From Myxococcota bacterium (GTDB taxonomy: Bacteria; Myxococcota_A; SURF-8), in assembly GCA_965140415.1 (NCBI GenBank), contig OZ223209.1, forward strand, positions 4,608,001-4,672,000: a stretch of 64,000 nucleotides of DNA. The letters are read 5' to 3'. The notes beneath the pieces were generated by a model, which did no database searches, was not told the DNA's origin, and saw nothing but the letters and a program-made list of their open reading frames with translations. Shown here piece by piece: positions 49,768 through 61,242 of the stretch. Position 1 is the first letter of the stretch; each line of letters starts with the position of its first letter. The position numbers and the translations under genes are program-made.

Positions 49768-49915
49768 GTCGGTTCCACTGGAACCGACCTACGGCTACAT
49801 CCATTTTCCCCTAGTTGGAGCATGGGCTCCTGCTCTGCTCCAAACATTTGTCTACTTGGCCGGGACGGGAGCCCCGACCGAAAACGATTGGTTCAAGACA
49901 GAGCCTTGAACCAAT
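49768..49915. repeat. REP-like palindromes
   Basis: GTCGGTTCCA-C-TGGAACCGAC-CTAC (49768-49792) and ATTGGTTCAAG..CTTGAACCAAT (49887-49915). Confidence 0.6.
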
Positions 49916-49975
49916 AAAAGATACAAAACGTTGCGCGCGGGATACAATCCCGCACGATCCAAGGACTATCTATAC

Positions 49976-50013
49976 AAAAACGCCCCTCAATCGGTGTGAC
50001 CGAAAGAGGGGCG
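49976..50013 (-). terminator. Intrinsic terminator after the purH genes
   Basis: CGCCCCTC..TCGGT-CAC-ACCGA..GAGGGGCG followed by TTTTT on the minus strand. Confidence 0.75.
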
Positions 50014-50039
50014 CATGAGAAAACGAATGTCAGGATGAC

Positions 50040-51290
50040 TTAGTGGCGGAAGCTGCGCTGTCCGGTAAAGACCATGGTGGCATCCACTTCGTTACAGGCT
50101 TCGATCGACTGATAGTCGTTCATCGAGCCGCCCGGTTGAATAACCGACTTCACGCCTTCACTCAGGCCGACATCGATGCCGTCGCGGAAGGGGAAGAAGG
50201 CATCGCTGACCATGGTGGAACCGATCAGGCCGCCATTCACTTTCTTGACATCATCCAGGATCTCCCGGCGTTTGTCTTCGTCCTTCAAATCGTTGAAGGC
50301 CATGCCCTGTCGCTCGAAGCAATAGCGATCGGCCAGCTTGCGATAGGCTTTGTCGCGCGCAATCTCGGCCACGCCGACGCGATCCTGCTCGCCGGTGCCG
50401 ATACCCACCGTCACCAGATCCTTGACGTACAATACCGAGTTACTGGTTACACCGGCTTCCACCAGCCAGCCAAAGAGCATGTCCTGATATTCGGCTTCGG
50501 TCGGCGTGCGCTTGACCTTGTACTGCTGGCCCTTGTATTCAGTTTCGGCCAGTTTCAGATCCTCTTTGCTGCGCGCCAGCGCGGAGAAGGAAGTCTGCGC
50601 GATCAGGCCACCGTCGATCAAGCCCTTGAATTCCACCGTGCGCAGCGGCGCGAATTCCTGCAAACGCTGCATGTTGTCGATGCGCATGATGCGCAGGTTC
50701 TTGCGGCTGGCCAGAATTTCCACCGCGCCTTCTTCGAAATCGGGGGCGACGACGACTTCTGCATAGCGCTTGGCGATTTCTTCCGCAGTCGCTTTATCCA
50801 CCGGACGATTGCAGGCGATGCAGCCACCAAACGCCGCCACGCGGTCGGCCAAATCGGCTTTGACATAAGCATCCACCAGATTGTCGGCCATCGCCACGCC
50901 GCAGGGATTGTTGTGCTTCATAATCGACACCGCCGGTTTCCCAGTCAGATAACGCAGGATATTCAAGGCGTTATCCGCATCGGTCAAGTTGGTCTTGCCC
51001 GGATGCTTACCGAATTGCAGCAGTTCGGCGTCTGTCACCAGGTAACGACCGGCTTCGATGGTTTTCACATCGCCTAACGTCAAATTGCCATTGACCAGCT
51101 TGTATAACGCGGCTTCCTGCCCCGGATTTTCGCCGTAGCGCAATCCCTTTTCCACGTCGTCGATGACCCAGGTGATTTTTTCGTATTGCAGCGTGCTGCG
51201 ATTTTCACCGTCGATAAACGAAATTTCCATGCGACCCGGGAAGTGGTCGTCCATGATCGTGCGATAGGCTTTTTTCAGATCTTCGGCCAT
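50040..51290 (-). CDS. purH: PurH AICAR transformylase-type domain as a stand-alone gene
   Basis: LRYGENPGQEAA, KHNNPCGVA, AFGG, SDAFFPFRDG, IQPGGS and MVFTGQRSFRH. Confidence 0.88.
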   Translation of the reverse strand: MAEDLKKAYRTIMDDHFPGRMEISFIDGENRSTLQYEKITWVIDDVEKGLRYGENPGQEAALYKLVNGNLTLGDVKTIEAGRYLVTDAELLQFGKHPGKTNLTDADNALNILRYLTGKPAVSIMKHNNPCGVAMADNLVDAYVKADLADRVAAFGGCIACNRPVDKATAEEIAKRYAEVVVAPDFEEGAVEILASRKNLRIMRIDNMQRLQEFAPLRTVEFKGLIDGGLIAQTSFSALARSKEDLKLAETEYKGQQYKVKRTPTEAEYQDMLFGWLVEAGVTSNSVLYVKDLVTVGIGTGEQDRVGVAEIARDKAYRKLADRYCFERQGMAFNDLKDEDKRREILDDVKKVNGGLIGSTMVSDAFFPFRDGIDVGLSEGVKSVIQPGGSMNDYQSIEACNEVDATMVFTGQRSFRH

Positions 51291-51353
51291 AATGCCTCTC
51301 CTTTTCTACGGATTTCGCGCTGTAGGCAAACGCCGAGCGCGTTTTTTACTTGC

Positions 51354-52040
51354 TTAGTTTTTCAGACTGTAAATAGACGGTACCTCTTCGGGTTTCTGAT
51401 CCGCCAGATACGCCGCGATGGTCTTGTCATATTCGGCGGTATGGCCGAACGCCTTGGTGGAAAGCCGGAAACGGGTGGCCAGATCCAGTTTGCCGCCGTT
51501 GGCTTTGAGCGTTTCGGTCAAGCCGGCGTAGTCCTGCGGGTCCACGACGGAAGCGACACGCAGATAATTCTTGGCCGAAGCGCGAATCATGGTCGGTCCG
51601 CCGATGTCGATGTTGGCGCGCGCCTGCTCGACCGTCACATCCGCCTTGGCGATGGTTTCTTTAAAGGGATACAGGTTCACGCAAACCAGATCGATCGGCA
51701 CGCCGTTGGTGCGCTTGAGATCGTCCTGATGAGACGCATTATAGGTTTCGGTCAACAATCCGAGATAGATTTTGAAATCGAGCGTTTTGACCAGGCCGCC
51801 CTGGGTTTCGGGCTGACCGGTATAGTCGGAAACCTGCGTCAGATGCTTGGAAGCCAGTTCAGGGCCTAGAATTTTCTCGATGGCGCCATAGGTTCCACCG
51901 GTGGAAAAAATGCGCAGTTCGGGGCAGGCTTCGATCAATGCGGGAACAAAGCTATCAAGGCCGCTCTTATCGGATACGCTGATCAGCGCATGCTTGATAG
52001 ATACCCAGTTATCGGTGTCAGCTACGAAATTGACAGACAT
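51354..52040 (-). CDS. purH: PurH IMP cyclohydrolase (MGS-like) domain as a stand-alone gene
   Basis: ALISVSDKSG, STGGT, VSDYTG.PE..GGLVKTL, VNLYPF and IDIGGPTMIRASAKN. Confidence 0.88.
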   Translation of the reverse strand: MSVNFVADTDNWVSIKHALISVSDKSGLDSFVPALIEACPELRIFSTGGTYGAIEKILGPELASKHLTQVSDYTGQPETQGGLVKTLDFKIYLGLLTETYNASHQDDLKRTNGVPIDLVCVNLYPFKETIAKADVTVEQARANIDIGGPTMIRASAKNYLRVASVVDPQDYAGLTETLKANGGKLDLATRFRLSTKAFGHTAEYDKTIAAYLADQKPEEVPSIYSLKN

Positions 52041-52329
52041 GGCTCTCTCCAGAAAGGTTGGTTACAGTTGCAAAAGTGACCTCACTATACTGAGAAGCGT
52101 TCAAAGATCAAGTGCAAAGAGACGTTTTTTGAATTTCCATTCATTTTTGAGATTCGCCACGAAGTCCCTGATTATTGCTGCTATGAACAATCCGGTGATT
52201 CCGTTTTTGCGCTCCGCCGGTCTTGTCATTCCTACGAAGATGGGAATCCAGAAAGAAAACAATAGCCTGGATCTCCTCGGATGACGATCTGGGTGCCTGA
52301 TAAGGACGAACTTGAGGGCGCGCTCGGTA

Positions 52330-52845
52330 TCAGCGCAGCAGGTAGATATCTTCCCCGGCAGGAACCAGTTTCGTTTCGATTCTGGCCAATAGAATATGCA
52401 GCCAGGGAGCCAGCAGGGCCGTCATGCCGGCAGCGGCCAAGGCTTTGGAAACAAACACGCCGGGAGCGGCCAAAGGCAGGCCGAAATACAACATGGAGAG
52501 CCCGAAATGCATTCCCTGTAACAGTAATTCCATTGCAAACAGGAAAGCCGCCACGAAGAAAGGATGAAACAGGTTGATGGTCTTGCTAGTGCCGTAAACG
52601 GAAAACAAGAGCACAATCGCCTGCAACACAAGAAAAGAGGGGGAGGTATAGAGAAAACCCGAAACGAGCAGCGCCAGGGCGCTTGCGGTGAGCATTCCCG
52701 CCATGGGACGCCGCGTGCGCGCAACGTAAAAAACGAAGATCGCCAGCAGATCGGGGCGCATCAGGTCGATCTGGAAATATTGGAAGATCACACCGGCCAG
52801 CGTGCAGCAGAGCCAGGCGAACAGCATGATAAACAGCGTTCTCAC
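52330..52845 (-). CDS. mreD: Rod shape-determining protein MreD (divergent)
   Basis: RPDLL motif, about 5 TM helices, overlaps the mreC stop. Confidence 0.7.
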   Translation of the reverse strand: MRTLFIMLFAWLCCTLAGVIFQYFQIDLMRPDLLAIFVFYVARTRRPMAGMLTASALALLVSGFLYTSPSFLVLQAIVLLFSVYGTSKTINLFHPFFVAAFLFAMELLLQGMHFGLSMLYFGLPLAAPGVFVSKALAAAGMTALLAPWLHILLARIETKLVPAGEDIYLLR

Positions 52846-53672
52846 GGGATGGCTCCTCTTGGAAGAATCACCAGCACTTCGCGCAGGCGCGTAAAATCGA
52901 CCTGCGGCTTGACGGTCGCTTCCTGAAAGATGCCCTGATCGGATTTCGAAACGTCCTGGATGTGTCCCAACGGCAGATCGGGCGGGAACTGCTGATCCAG
53001 CCCGCTTGTAATGATTTCATCTCCGACCTGCACATCTTCCGTGCGCAGCGAAAAGGCCAGCTGGCATAACAGGCGCTCTTCGGCATTGGTTCCCTGGATG
53101 ATACCGCGTGAGGAAGTCCGACGCACCAGACCGTCGATGGAGCTATGCGGATCGATCATCAATAGCACTTTGGAATAACCGCCGTGGACCTCGACCACGC
53201 GACCGACCACACCTGCGGATTCGACCACAGCGGCGTTGACCTTGATTCCCTGGTTACGCCCGGCATTAATCGTGACGGTGCGGAATTGACCGAGAATATC
53301 GGTGGCGATTACACGCGCGGGGAAGTAGGACAGAGGATGCCGTTTGGCAAAATCGAGCAGGCGCCGCAAGCGAGCGTTTTCCTGCTCCTGGGCCTGACGT
53401 TCGGTAAGGCGCATTTGCAACACGCGGTTGATCGCCTGTAAATCGTTCGCTTCTTGTCTGGCATCGATGAGACTGATATACCCATACCAGACACCCGTGA
53501 TGCCGTCGAACAAGGTGACCAGAGCATCCTGAAATGGAGCGGAAAGCGCAAAGAGACCACGCTGTAACAAGCCACTATGCTTGTCCGGCGGTTTGACGGT
53601 GAGCCCTGCCAGTACGATGATGAGCAACGTAAGCAGAATGACACCGGTTTTCTTTTTTTTAATCGCTCCCAT
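52842..53672 (-). CDS. mreC: Rod shape-determining protein MreC
   Basis: ENARLRRLL, GVVGRV, GDEIITSGLDQQFP and VDFTRLREV. Confidence 0.93.
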   Translation of the reverse strand: MGAIKKKKTGVILLTLLIIVLAGLTVKPPDKHSGLLQRGLFALSAPFQDALVTLFDGITGVWYGYISLIDARQEANDLQAINRVLQMRLTERQAQEQENARLRRLLDFAKRHPLSYFPARVIATDILGQFRTVTINAGRNQGIKVNAAVVESAGVVGRVVEVHGGYSKVLLMIDPHSSIDGLVRRTSSRGIIQGTNAEERLLCQLAFSLRTEDVQVGDEIITSGLDQQFPPDLPLGHIQDVSKSDQGIFQEATVKPQVDFTRLREVLVILPRGAIP

Positions 53673-53806
53673 AGCGCCTGATTTATACGTTCAACACAGC
53701 CGCACCATTAAGATGGCACAACCGCATTGATGCAATACAACGTTTCACAAAGTTTCCCGAAGCAACATGATGCTTCCGGTCAGCCTAGCCCCCGCTACGG
53801 AGTCTG

Positions 53807-54853
<1,047 letters not shown>

Positions 54854-55216
54854 TTAGAAAACAATCGGATGTAGCCGATTGGAAAGTTCAAATTCATCTT
54901 GCTGCTGCTTTCATACCAGAATAGCACAGGGGGTGCAAGTTCCAAAAGAGAGGAATTATCGGTAGATGCACATTTTCGAATGGATTAGAGTGTGCTTTGT
55001 TGAAACAAACGATCCGGCGGCAGTTCAAGACAACAGGAATTGGCAATCAATTCAAATACTTATTAGCACCACCAGTCGATTTGAGCTATTGAAAGTGGGC
55101 ATCTGATTCGAAAGCAGACACGTCCCCCTCCGGGCTATCTCGAATGGACAAACCCAGGCACAGGAATATTTTCCATATAAGCTTCTTGTTTGCGTTTGGT
55201 AGTAGAAACGATGGTC

Positions 55217-56125
55217 CTAGGCGAACATCTGGCTTTCCTGGTAGAAGGCCAAGTTGATCTCTTCGATCAATTCGTTGATGCGCGCTTCCGGAATTTTCAG
55301 GAATTCCGCTTCGGGACAGGCAAACAGGTCGTGATTGGCATCGGGCGAATTGAAGCCGATGCCCAGCCGCCGCATGAAACGATCTGCATAGGAAACGATC
55401 GCGATGTTAGTCTTGATACTCATATCCATTTCGGTCCACAGCACTTCCGGCAGGTTGTGATGATAACGCATCACCGCTTCCAGAGAAGGTGCGAGATTCC
55501 AGTTGCGGGCAAGTTGTCCACCCGCATGAGTATGGCAGAATCCGAACGCTTCGCGTTCTTTGTCCATTTCTTCCTGATACGTGCAGCTATGTGCGGCTTC
55601 GAAAATGTCTTTGGCTTTTATCGGATCGGTGCGCAGTATCAGCGCTTTACCCAGATTGTGCAACAAGCCCGCGACGAAAGCTTCGTCGGTTTCGGTCGAG
55701 TCAAACTCCAGAGAAAGCAAACGCGCCGCAATGCCAACGCCGACAGCATGCTCCCAGAACTTGATGCTTAACGGGTCCGAACTGCGGTACATATTCAAAA
55801 TCGCCGTCGAGACGGCGATATCTTTGATAGCTTTGAATCCAATCACCAGAATTGCGCGCTGCAAGGTGTTGACTTTGCGCAGCAAGCCATAAAAACTGGA
55901 GTTGGCGATTTTCAACAATTTAACAGTCAACGCCTGGTCGGACTGCACCACGCGCTCCAAATCCCCGGCAGTGGATTTTGGATTCTCGATAACAGACATG
56001 ATCTTGCGAGCAATCAGCGGAAGTTGTTTCAGATCAGAGGTCTTGTTGATAACGTTCTCAAGATCCGCCTGGGCCAGTTCGTCCAGGGCATCGATCTCAG
56101 CCAGGAAATCATACAGTTCTTTCAT
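55217..56125 (-). CDS. HDOD-domain protein
   Basis: DQALTVKLLKIANSSFYG, FWEHA, AGLLHNLGK, GFCHTHAG..WNL and YHH. Confidence 0.9.
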   Translation of the reverse strand: MKELYDFLAEIDALDELAQADLENVINKTSDLKQLPLIARKIMSVIENPKSTAGDLERVVQSDQALTVKLLKIANSSFYGLLRKVNTLQRAILVIGFKAIKDIAVSTAILNMYRSSDPLSIKFWEHAVGVGIAARLLSLEFDSTETDEAFVAGLLHNLGKALILRTDPIKAKDIFEAAHSCTYQEEMDKEREAFGFCHTHAGGQLARNWNLAPSLEAVMRYHHNLPEVLWTEMDMSIKTNIAIVSYADRFMRRLGIGFNSPDANHDLFACPEAEFLKIPEARINELIEEINLAFYQESQMFA

Positions 56126-56295
56126 AACGAACCCTTGTTCTACAGTTCAACAGTTGTTCTTACTCTTTTTTACTTCCTGTACTGCCAATCCGATGCACCA
56201 CTATACCACGAGGCATTCCAATTTACAATATAAAATTCCATACAAACCATTGCAGAAAATGGGTATTGCAATTGAAATATCCAATTCCGGCAATA

Positions 56296-56784
56296 CTATT
56301 CCGGTGCACCCAGCGCTTCTACCAGACGAGGAACTTCTGCAAAATGCTCCACCTGCAATACCGCCAGGTATAAAGCGATGTTCTCCATTTCATAACCGGC
56401 AGCGATTAGCGCATCCAACAACGCTTCCAGTTTCTGCGTATCGGCCTGAACCACCGGGTCCAATTCCTGCTCGGTAATGCCGTCTTCGTTGGGAATCTCG
56501 AAAAAGTTCAATGCGGCAGAAAGCATGGGGCGATGATCGTAGAGCCAGGTCTTGAACAACTCTTCGGCCATCTGACCATCCTGGCTTGCCACAACGCCAT
56601 CGCGTACGCTCAATGCCTGAATGCGCTTGTCTTTTCCCGTTTTCAAAGAAACGCGACGACCCTTTTTGACTTTCTTGCCGTATGTACCTTCCAGCATGTT
56701 GCGGATTTTCCGCGAACAGCTCTGATATATTTCCATGAATTTGTCGTCGGATAATTTACCCAGCAGACTAGGATGATCCCACAT
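56296..56784 (-). CDS. Hypothetical protein
   Basis: GGAGG RBS before ATG 56784. Coherent ORF. Confidence 0.65.
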   Translation of the reverse strand: MWDHPSLLGKLSDDKFMEIYQSCSRKIRNMLEGTYGKKVKKGRRVSLKTGKDKRIQALSVRDGVVASQDGQMAEELFKTWLYDHRPMLSAALNFFEIPNEDGITEQELDPVVQADTQKLEALLDALIAAGYEMENIALYLAVLQVEHFAEVPRLVEALGAPE

Positions 56785-56918
56785 CGTGTTCTTGCCTCCA
56801 TTTTCAATTAGGGCATTTTCCAAGCATTCACCTAAGCCCGGTACACCCTGTAACGCCCTCTTTCATAACGTTTCATTTTTTTTCTTGCAAGATTTTTATT
56901 CTGACATACAATAGGGCC

Positions 56919-57040
56919 ACTAGGAAAGTTCGGGGATGGGGGCTTTGATCGTTGCTTGCAACGGTCAAAGTTCGTGCTGTTTCCGAATTGGACTTTTCAC
57001 CGAAAAACCGAGACGACGCTTAACGTCGCCCCGGTTTTTT
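56919..57040 (+). ncRNA. Candidate small structured RNA
   Basis: TTGCAA-N16-TACAAT upstream, a long G-U-rich hairpin at 56927-56989, and a terminator-like hairpin at the end. Confidence 0.4.
57003..57040 (-). terminator. Intrinsic terminator (best on the minus strand, possibly bidirectional)
   Basis: CCGGGGCGACG-TTAAG-CGTCGTCTCGG stem with T-runs on both strands. Confidence 0.75.
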
Positions 57041-57071
57041 ATTCAGAGACCGTTTTCTTTTCAGCGTTGGT

Positions 57072-58760
57072 TTACTTTCCCAACAAACCACCAACCTTCG
57101 CCAGAACCTTTCCGAGAGCCGCATTGAAGCTCATCTGATCGGCCTTCTGCCATTCAGGCGAATTTGAATAATCCGGCAACTCCAATGCAGGAATATTCAC
57201 ATACATCATATTACCTAAAGTCGGATCGGAAAAGGCGATATAAGGCGTGATGACCGTGTGGCCATCGGCAGCGATTTCGAAGTCGGTGCCTACGAAGTGA
57301 GGCGCATCAATCAGACCTTCGCTATCCGCGCAGAACAGACCCGCCGATCCGTCGGGTAGGCCGTCTTCCATTTCCGCCTCGGAACATTCCCATTCCAATA
57401 ACAGCGAGTTTTCCAGTTTCGGTTTGTCACTGGTCCAATACGGCATCATGGCGCGAAGCGGTTTGGGGTCCTGATAATAAGCGTGCAGATCCAGCGCCAA
57501 CACATCGAAATTGACAAAACCATTGATCAGACCGACCAGGATTCCGGGGGTGATCAACGCCGGGTCCAGCCCCAGTTCCAGTCCCAACGAATCCAGCAGA
57601 CCGAAAGCGATCGGCAAAATGGCTGCGCTGGCAATGGTCGGCATCACGACCGAATCCATCGGCGTCGGATCTCCGCCGTCTCGTATTTGATCGCGCCAGC
57701 CGCCGACCGCCTGCACTTCATCGGCGGTGAGAATCGTGACCTGCTTCATTTCTTCCGCTTCTTCGTCCTTGTCCAGCGTCCAGATCTGCATTTTCAGGTT
57801 GATCACGCCACGCTTATCGACCACGACGAAAAACTCATCTTCCTGATCGGAATCCGTAGCCAGTTCGGCTTCGGCGGCTTCCACACCGTCAAGTACGTCC
57901 TGCAAGGCACCCAGCATCAAGTCGCCGGTATCGATGACCTGCTGCTTGCCCCCGTCTCTGAAGGCCAGGAATTTTTCTTCGTAATTGAGCAGATACGCCA
58001 CGATTCCCAGAATCTTGGTGATGTCCACACCATCCAGTTCCGGCGCGATAACGGCAATCAGGGTTGCAAGATCGCTCTTGACGTGATGGGCATTGATGAA
58101 ATCGAGGAGAATGGCAAACGTGCGCGACATGGCATCGAAAAAGAACACGTCCGCATCGTCGATTTCGCCCTTGATCACGGTAGGCTCATCCAAACCGACA
58201 TAAACCGGCAAACGGTTGAAGGTCATGGACAGGCCACCCTGCTCTTTAAGCGGACCGTACAGTTCAACCGATTTATTGAAACGATCTGCCATCAGGTTCA
58301 AGCCGGTTACCAATTCCTGATCGAACCAGTCGTCCCAGGTTTCATAATCGGCGGGGGGCGGCTTGGGGGCGGAGGTCTTGAGCATATCACCGATTCCCGT
58401 AACCGCTCCCAGAATCGTATCGGCAAATAACTCAAAAGCGACAAGCGATTCCGTAAAGGCATAACCGAATCGCGCCTGCGGATCGTTTGAATTCAATTCG
58501 AAAGCTTCTTTGAATGCGACATTGGCCAATACGGCTTCGCCGTTTTCCAGCCAATCCACACCGCGCGCCACCTGCTCGGAGACATCCACTCCGCTTTCGT
58601 CTTCCGCTTCGCCTTCCATCTCGGCGTCTTCCAGATCACCGTCGATGGTATCGCCGTCCAGATCGCCATCAGGCTGATCTTTACCGTCATCGCTGCAACC
58701 GATTGCGCTTATTCCGAATAGCACCAGCAGGATGACCAACCAGTAAATGTTTTTCTGCAT
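57072..58760 (-). CDS. Lipoprotein with DGD linker and TPR-like helix
   Basis: Lipobox AIGC, PDGDLDGDTIDGDLE, then AFKEAFELNSNDPQARFG. Confidence 0.75.
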   Translation of the reverse strand: MQKNIYWLVILLVLFGISAIGCSDDGKDQPDGDLDGDTIDGDLEDAEMEGEAEDESGVDVSEQVARGVDWLENGEAVLANVAFKEAFELNSNDPQARFGYAFTESLVAFELFADTILGAVTGIGDMLKTSAPKPPPADYETWDDWFDQELVTGLNLMADRFNKSVELYGPLKEQGGLSMTFNRLPVYVGLDEPTVIKGEIDDADVFFFDAMSRTFAILLDFINAHHVKSDLATLIAVIAPELDGVDITKILGIVAYLLNYEEKFLAFRDGGKQQVIDTGDLMLGALQDVLDGVEAAEAELATDSDQEDEFFVVVDKRGVINLKMQIWTLDKDEEAEEMKQVTILTADEVQAVGGWRDQIRDGGDPTPMDSVVMPTIASAAILPIAFGLLDSLGLELGLDPALITPGILVGLINGFVNFDVLALDLHAYYQDPKPLRAMMPYWTSDKPKLENSLLLEWECSEAEMEDGLPDGSAGLFCADSEGLIDAPHFVGTDFEIAADGHTVITPYIAFSDPTLGNMMYVNIPALELPDYSNSPEWQKADQMSFNAALGKVLAKVGGLLGK

Positions 58761-58770
58761 GGTTTTTCTC

Positions 58771-61242
58771 CTATTCGTCCAGCATTTTTACGTACGAAGG
58801 TCTCGGCTCGTCACCCAGCAGATACCTGTAAATATGATCTCCAAGTCCTTTGTGACCGTCGAAGGTCGACCAGTTCCACTGTTTGGCTTCCTCGGCAAAA
58901 ACGCCCTCTTCCGGGTTGCGCCATTCCGGCATCGTCGGAACGATGACATCGTAAGGCGTCGTGTCTTTTTGATCGGTGAAAATATCCACCATCGGCGGAG
59001 CCAGCAGCGTGTTTTTGTTCATGGGAGGAAGTCCCAGAATCAACTCGATGGTGCGATACACCGACGGAATCGAGTAATGCACCGTGCTGGTGTAACCGCG
59101 CTTGACCCAGGGGCTGGCGACGTAGCACACGCTGCGATGCGCGTTGATGTGATCGCCCATCGAAGTCTGGGCGTCGTCTTGAATGGCAATCAACAAGGAT
59201 TTTTCCCAGAAAGGTGATTTCGACAGCCAATCGACCAGCATACCCAATCCATGGTCATTATCGGCTACCATCGTTTGCGGATGGATCGCACCGGCTTTGC
59301 CACCGGACGTATGATCGTTGGGTAGTACGATGTAAATGAAGGGCGGGAAAAGGCTTTCTTCGTCTTTTTCCACCGCCAGGTTCCATTCGCGAATGACTTC
59401 CGACGCCTTGGCGACATCCTTGGCGCCCATCGACCAGAAGGGGTATTTCAGATCGATTTTATCCATCCACTTGTCCAGTTCTTTGAAAGCGAAATTGACG
59501 ATTTCGCCATAGACTCGGAAATTGACGCCGTTTCTGTCCAAGTGGTCGAAGATGCTGCCCGAAGGCACGATCGTCATCGGGTCCAGGCCGGTAATCGGAA
59601 CGCGGTCGAAACGGGTGCGCTCGACAAAGTCGTTGCAATCGGCCTGAGTGGTCCACATGTGTCCCTGTAAACTGACTTCGGAATCGCAGTAGTAGTTGAC
59701 CATATCGACCCAGGTGCGTGCAATCGAATGGGCGTTGGGCGTAACGGTCGCCGTGGTTTCGTCCGCCAACGTCACTTCCTCGCCCCACAAACGCGCCAGA
59801 GCAGGATCGTGCCATTCGTCGCCTTCCGGACCGGCCAGATCTCCCAGCAATTCGTCGTAGGTCTTGTTTTCCTTGATTACCAGAATCACATGTTCGATGA
59901 CCGAACGTTCGTTTTCGTTCAAGGGCAGCGGTACGATGCGTTCACAATCGTTATCCGGGTAAAAGCCCAACGGACGCTCGGTGTTTTCCTTGACGACATT
60001 CGAATACTCTTCCAACTCGGTACTGTTGCTGGGCGTGTCTAGGATCTGGAACTGGCTGAATACGCCCGCGCCGGTGGAGTGGAAACGCCCTGTGGTGCCA
60101 AAGCCCTTGGCGTTGACCAGGGCAATCTTCGAGCCATCGTCGTTTAGCACGATGCGACTGGGATAAAACGCAGTCGGGATTTGACCGATCAACTGCCAGT
60201 TGGAAGTATCGATGACTTCCACCGCATTGTGATCGGCAGCGGTGACATAGGCACGCTCGGCGCTTGGATGACCGACAACGTGGTTGGGGGTCCAGCCAAC
60301 GAGATCGCTGTTGTCCGGGTCCAATTCGATGGTTTCCACGACCGTATTCGAAGCCGTTGCGATGACGCTGATGGTCTCGTCATTCGAATTGGTAACAAGC
60401 AGATGCTCACCATCGGCCAATAGCGCCAGTCCCTCGGGACCGTCGCCAACCTGGATCAGTTGGGTTTGAGTCATGCTGGCAGTGTTCACCACCGACACCG
60501 TTCCCGATCCCTGATTGGTCGCATACGCCGTCTGACCGTCGGCAGAAAGCGCTACATCGTAGGGATAGAACCCGACTTTGGCGGAAGTCGGCTCACCATC
60601 GGATACAGGAACTTTCCACAAAAGACTGTCGGTCGGGGAGACGGCATAGAGCGTCTGCTCATCGGCAGATAGCACAATAGAGGCAACATAACCGCTTAAC
60701 TTGATTTCACTGGTCTTGGCAAAGGTGTCGTTGTCCCAGGTAAAGATATGAATCACACCGCTGCGCGCGCCCGAAACATAGACAGTCTGGCCATCGCCCG
60801 TGACCGCGATTCCGTAACCGGTAGGCATCTCGATCGAATCTCCGAGCAACACGGGGTCGTCGCCGCTCAAGTCAATGACCTGCACACTTTGCGAACCGTC
60901 TTCCGCATTGGTGACATAGGCTCGCTGCCCATCCGGGGAAAGCGCCACGCCCCAGGCATAGCGGGGAACTTCCACCGTTTTGCCTGCCGGACTGACTTTC
61001 TGACCGTTCATGACGATAGCCGAATTCGTTTCCGGATCGTAGCCCATCGCCTCGGAAGCGCTGTCGGTCGGATCGCCGATATCACAGGCGGCTCCCAGCA
61101 CAGCCCGATCCAGTTGGGCATCGTCGGCAGAGGATGTATCTGCGGGTCCGGTTTCCGGTTCGCTTTCGAGCGGAGCGTTGGAGCACGCCCACAGCAGCGT
61201 CAGCGCCAGCAGCCAAACCAGCGGCATCATTCTGGCTTTCAT
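58771..61242 (-). CDS. Lipoprotein: YVTN/YncE beta-propeller fused to a phosphoesterase/alkaline-phosphatase-like domain
   Basis: Lipobox LWAC, SPDGQRAYVTN repeats, VIKENKTYD, TPNAH, SLQGH, LPNDHT, VADNDHGLG and DDAQ..DH. Confidence 0.85.
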   Translation of the reverse strand: MKARMMPLVWLLALTLLWACSNAPLESEPETGPADTSSADDAQLDRAVLGAACDIGDPTDSASEAMGYDPETNSAIVMNGQKVSPAGKTVEVPRYAWGVALSPDGQRAYVTNAEDGSQSVQVIDLSGDDPVLLGDSIEMPTGYGIAVTGDGQTVYVSGARSGVIHIFTWDNDTFAKTSEIKLSGYVASIVLSADEQTLYAVSPTDSLLWKVPVSDGEPTSAKVGFYPYDVALSADGQTAYATNQGSGTVSVVNTASMTQTQLIQVGDGPEGLALLADGEHLLVTNSNDETISVIATASNTVVETIELDPDNSDLVGWTPNHVVGHPSAERAYVTAADHNAVEVIDTSNWQLIGQIPTAFYPSRIVLNDDGSKIALVNAKGFGTTGRFHSTGAGVFSQFQILDTPSNSTELEEYSNVVKENTERPLGFYPDNDCERIVPLPLNENERSVIEHVILVIKENKTYDELLGDLAGPEGDEWHDPALARLWGEEVTLADETTATVTPNAHSIARTWVDMVNYYCDSEVSLQGHMWTTQADCNDFVERTRFDRVPITGLDPMTIVPSGSIFDHLDRNGVNFRVYGEIVNFAFKELDKWMDKIDLKYPFWSMGAKDVAKASEVIREWNLAVEKDEESLFPPFIYIVLPNDHTSGGKAGAIHPQTMVADNDHGLGMLVDWLSKSPFWEKSLLIAIQDDAQTSMGDHINAHRSVCYVASPWVKRGYTSTVHYSIPSVYRTIELILGLPPMNKNTLLAPPMVDIFTDQKDTTPYDVIVPTMPEWRNPEEGVFAEEAKQWNWSTFDGHKGLGDHIYRYLLGDEPRPSYVKMLDE

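Noticed and set aside
52041-52329. ZMP/ZTP (pfl) riboswitch upstream of purH
   Set aside because: The conserved GACTGGCG and CGCCTGGG elements were not found on the minus strand.
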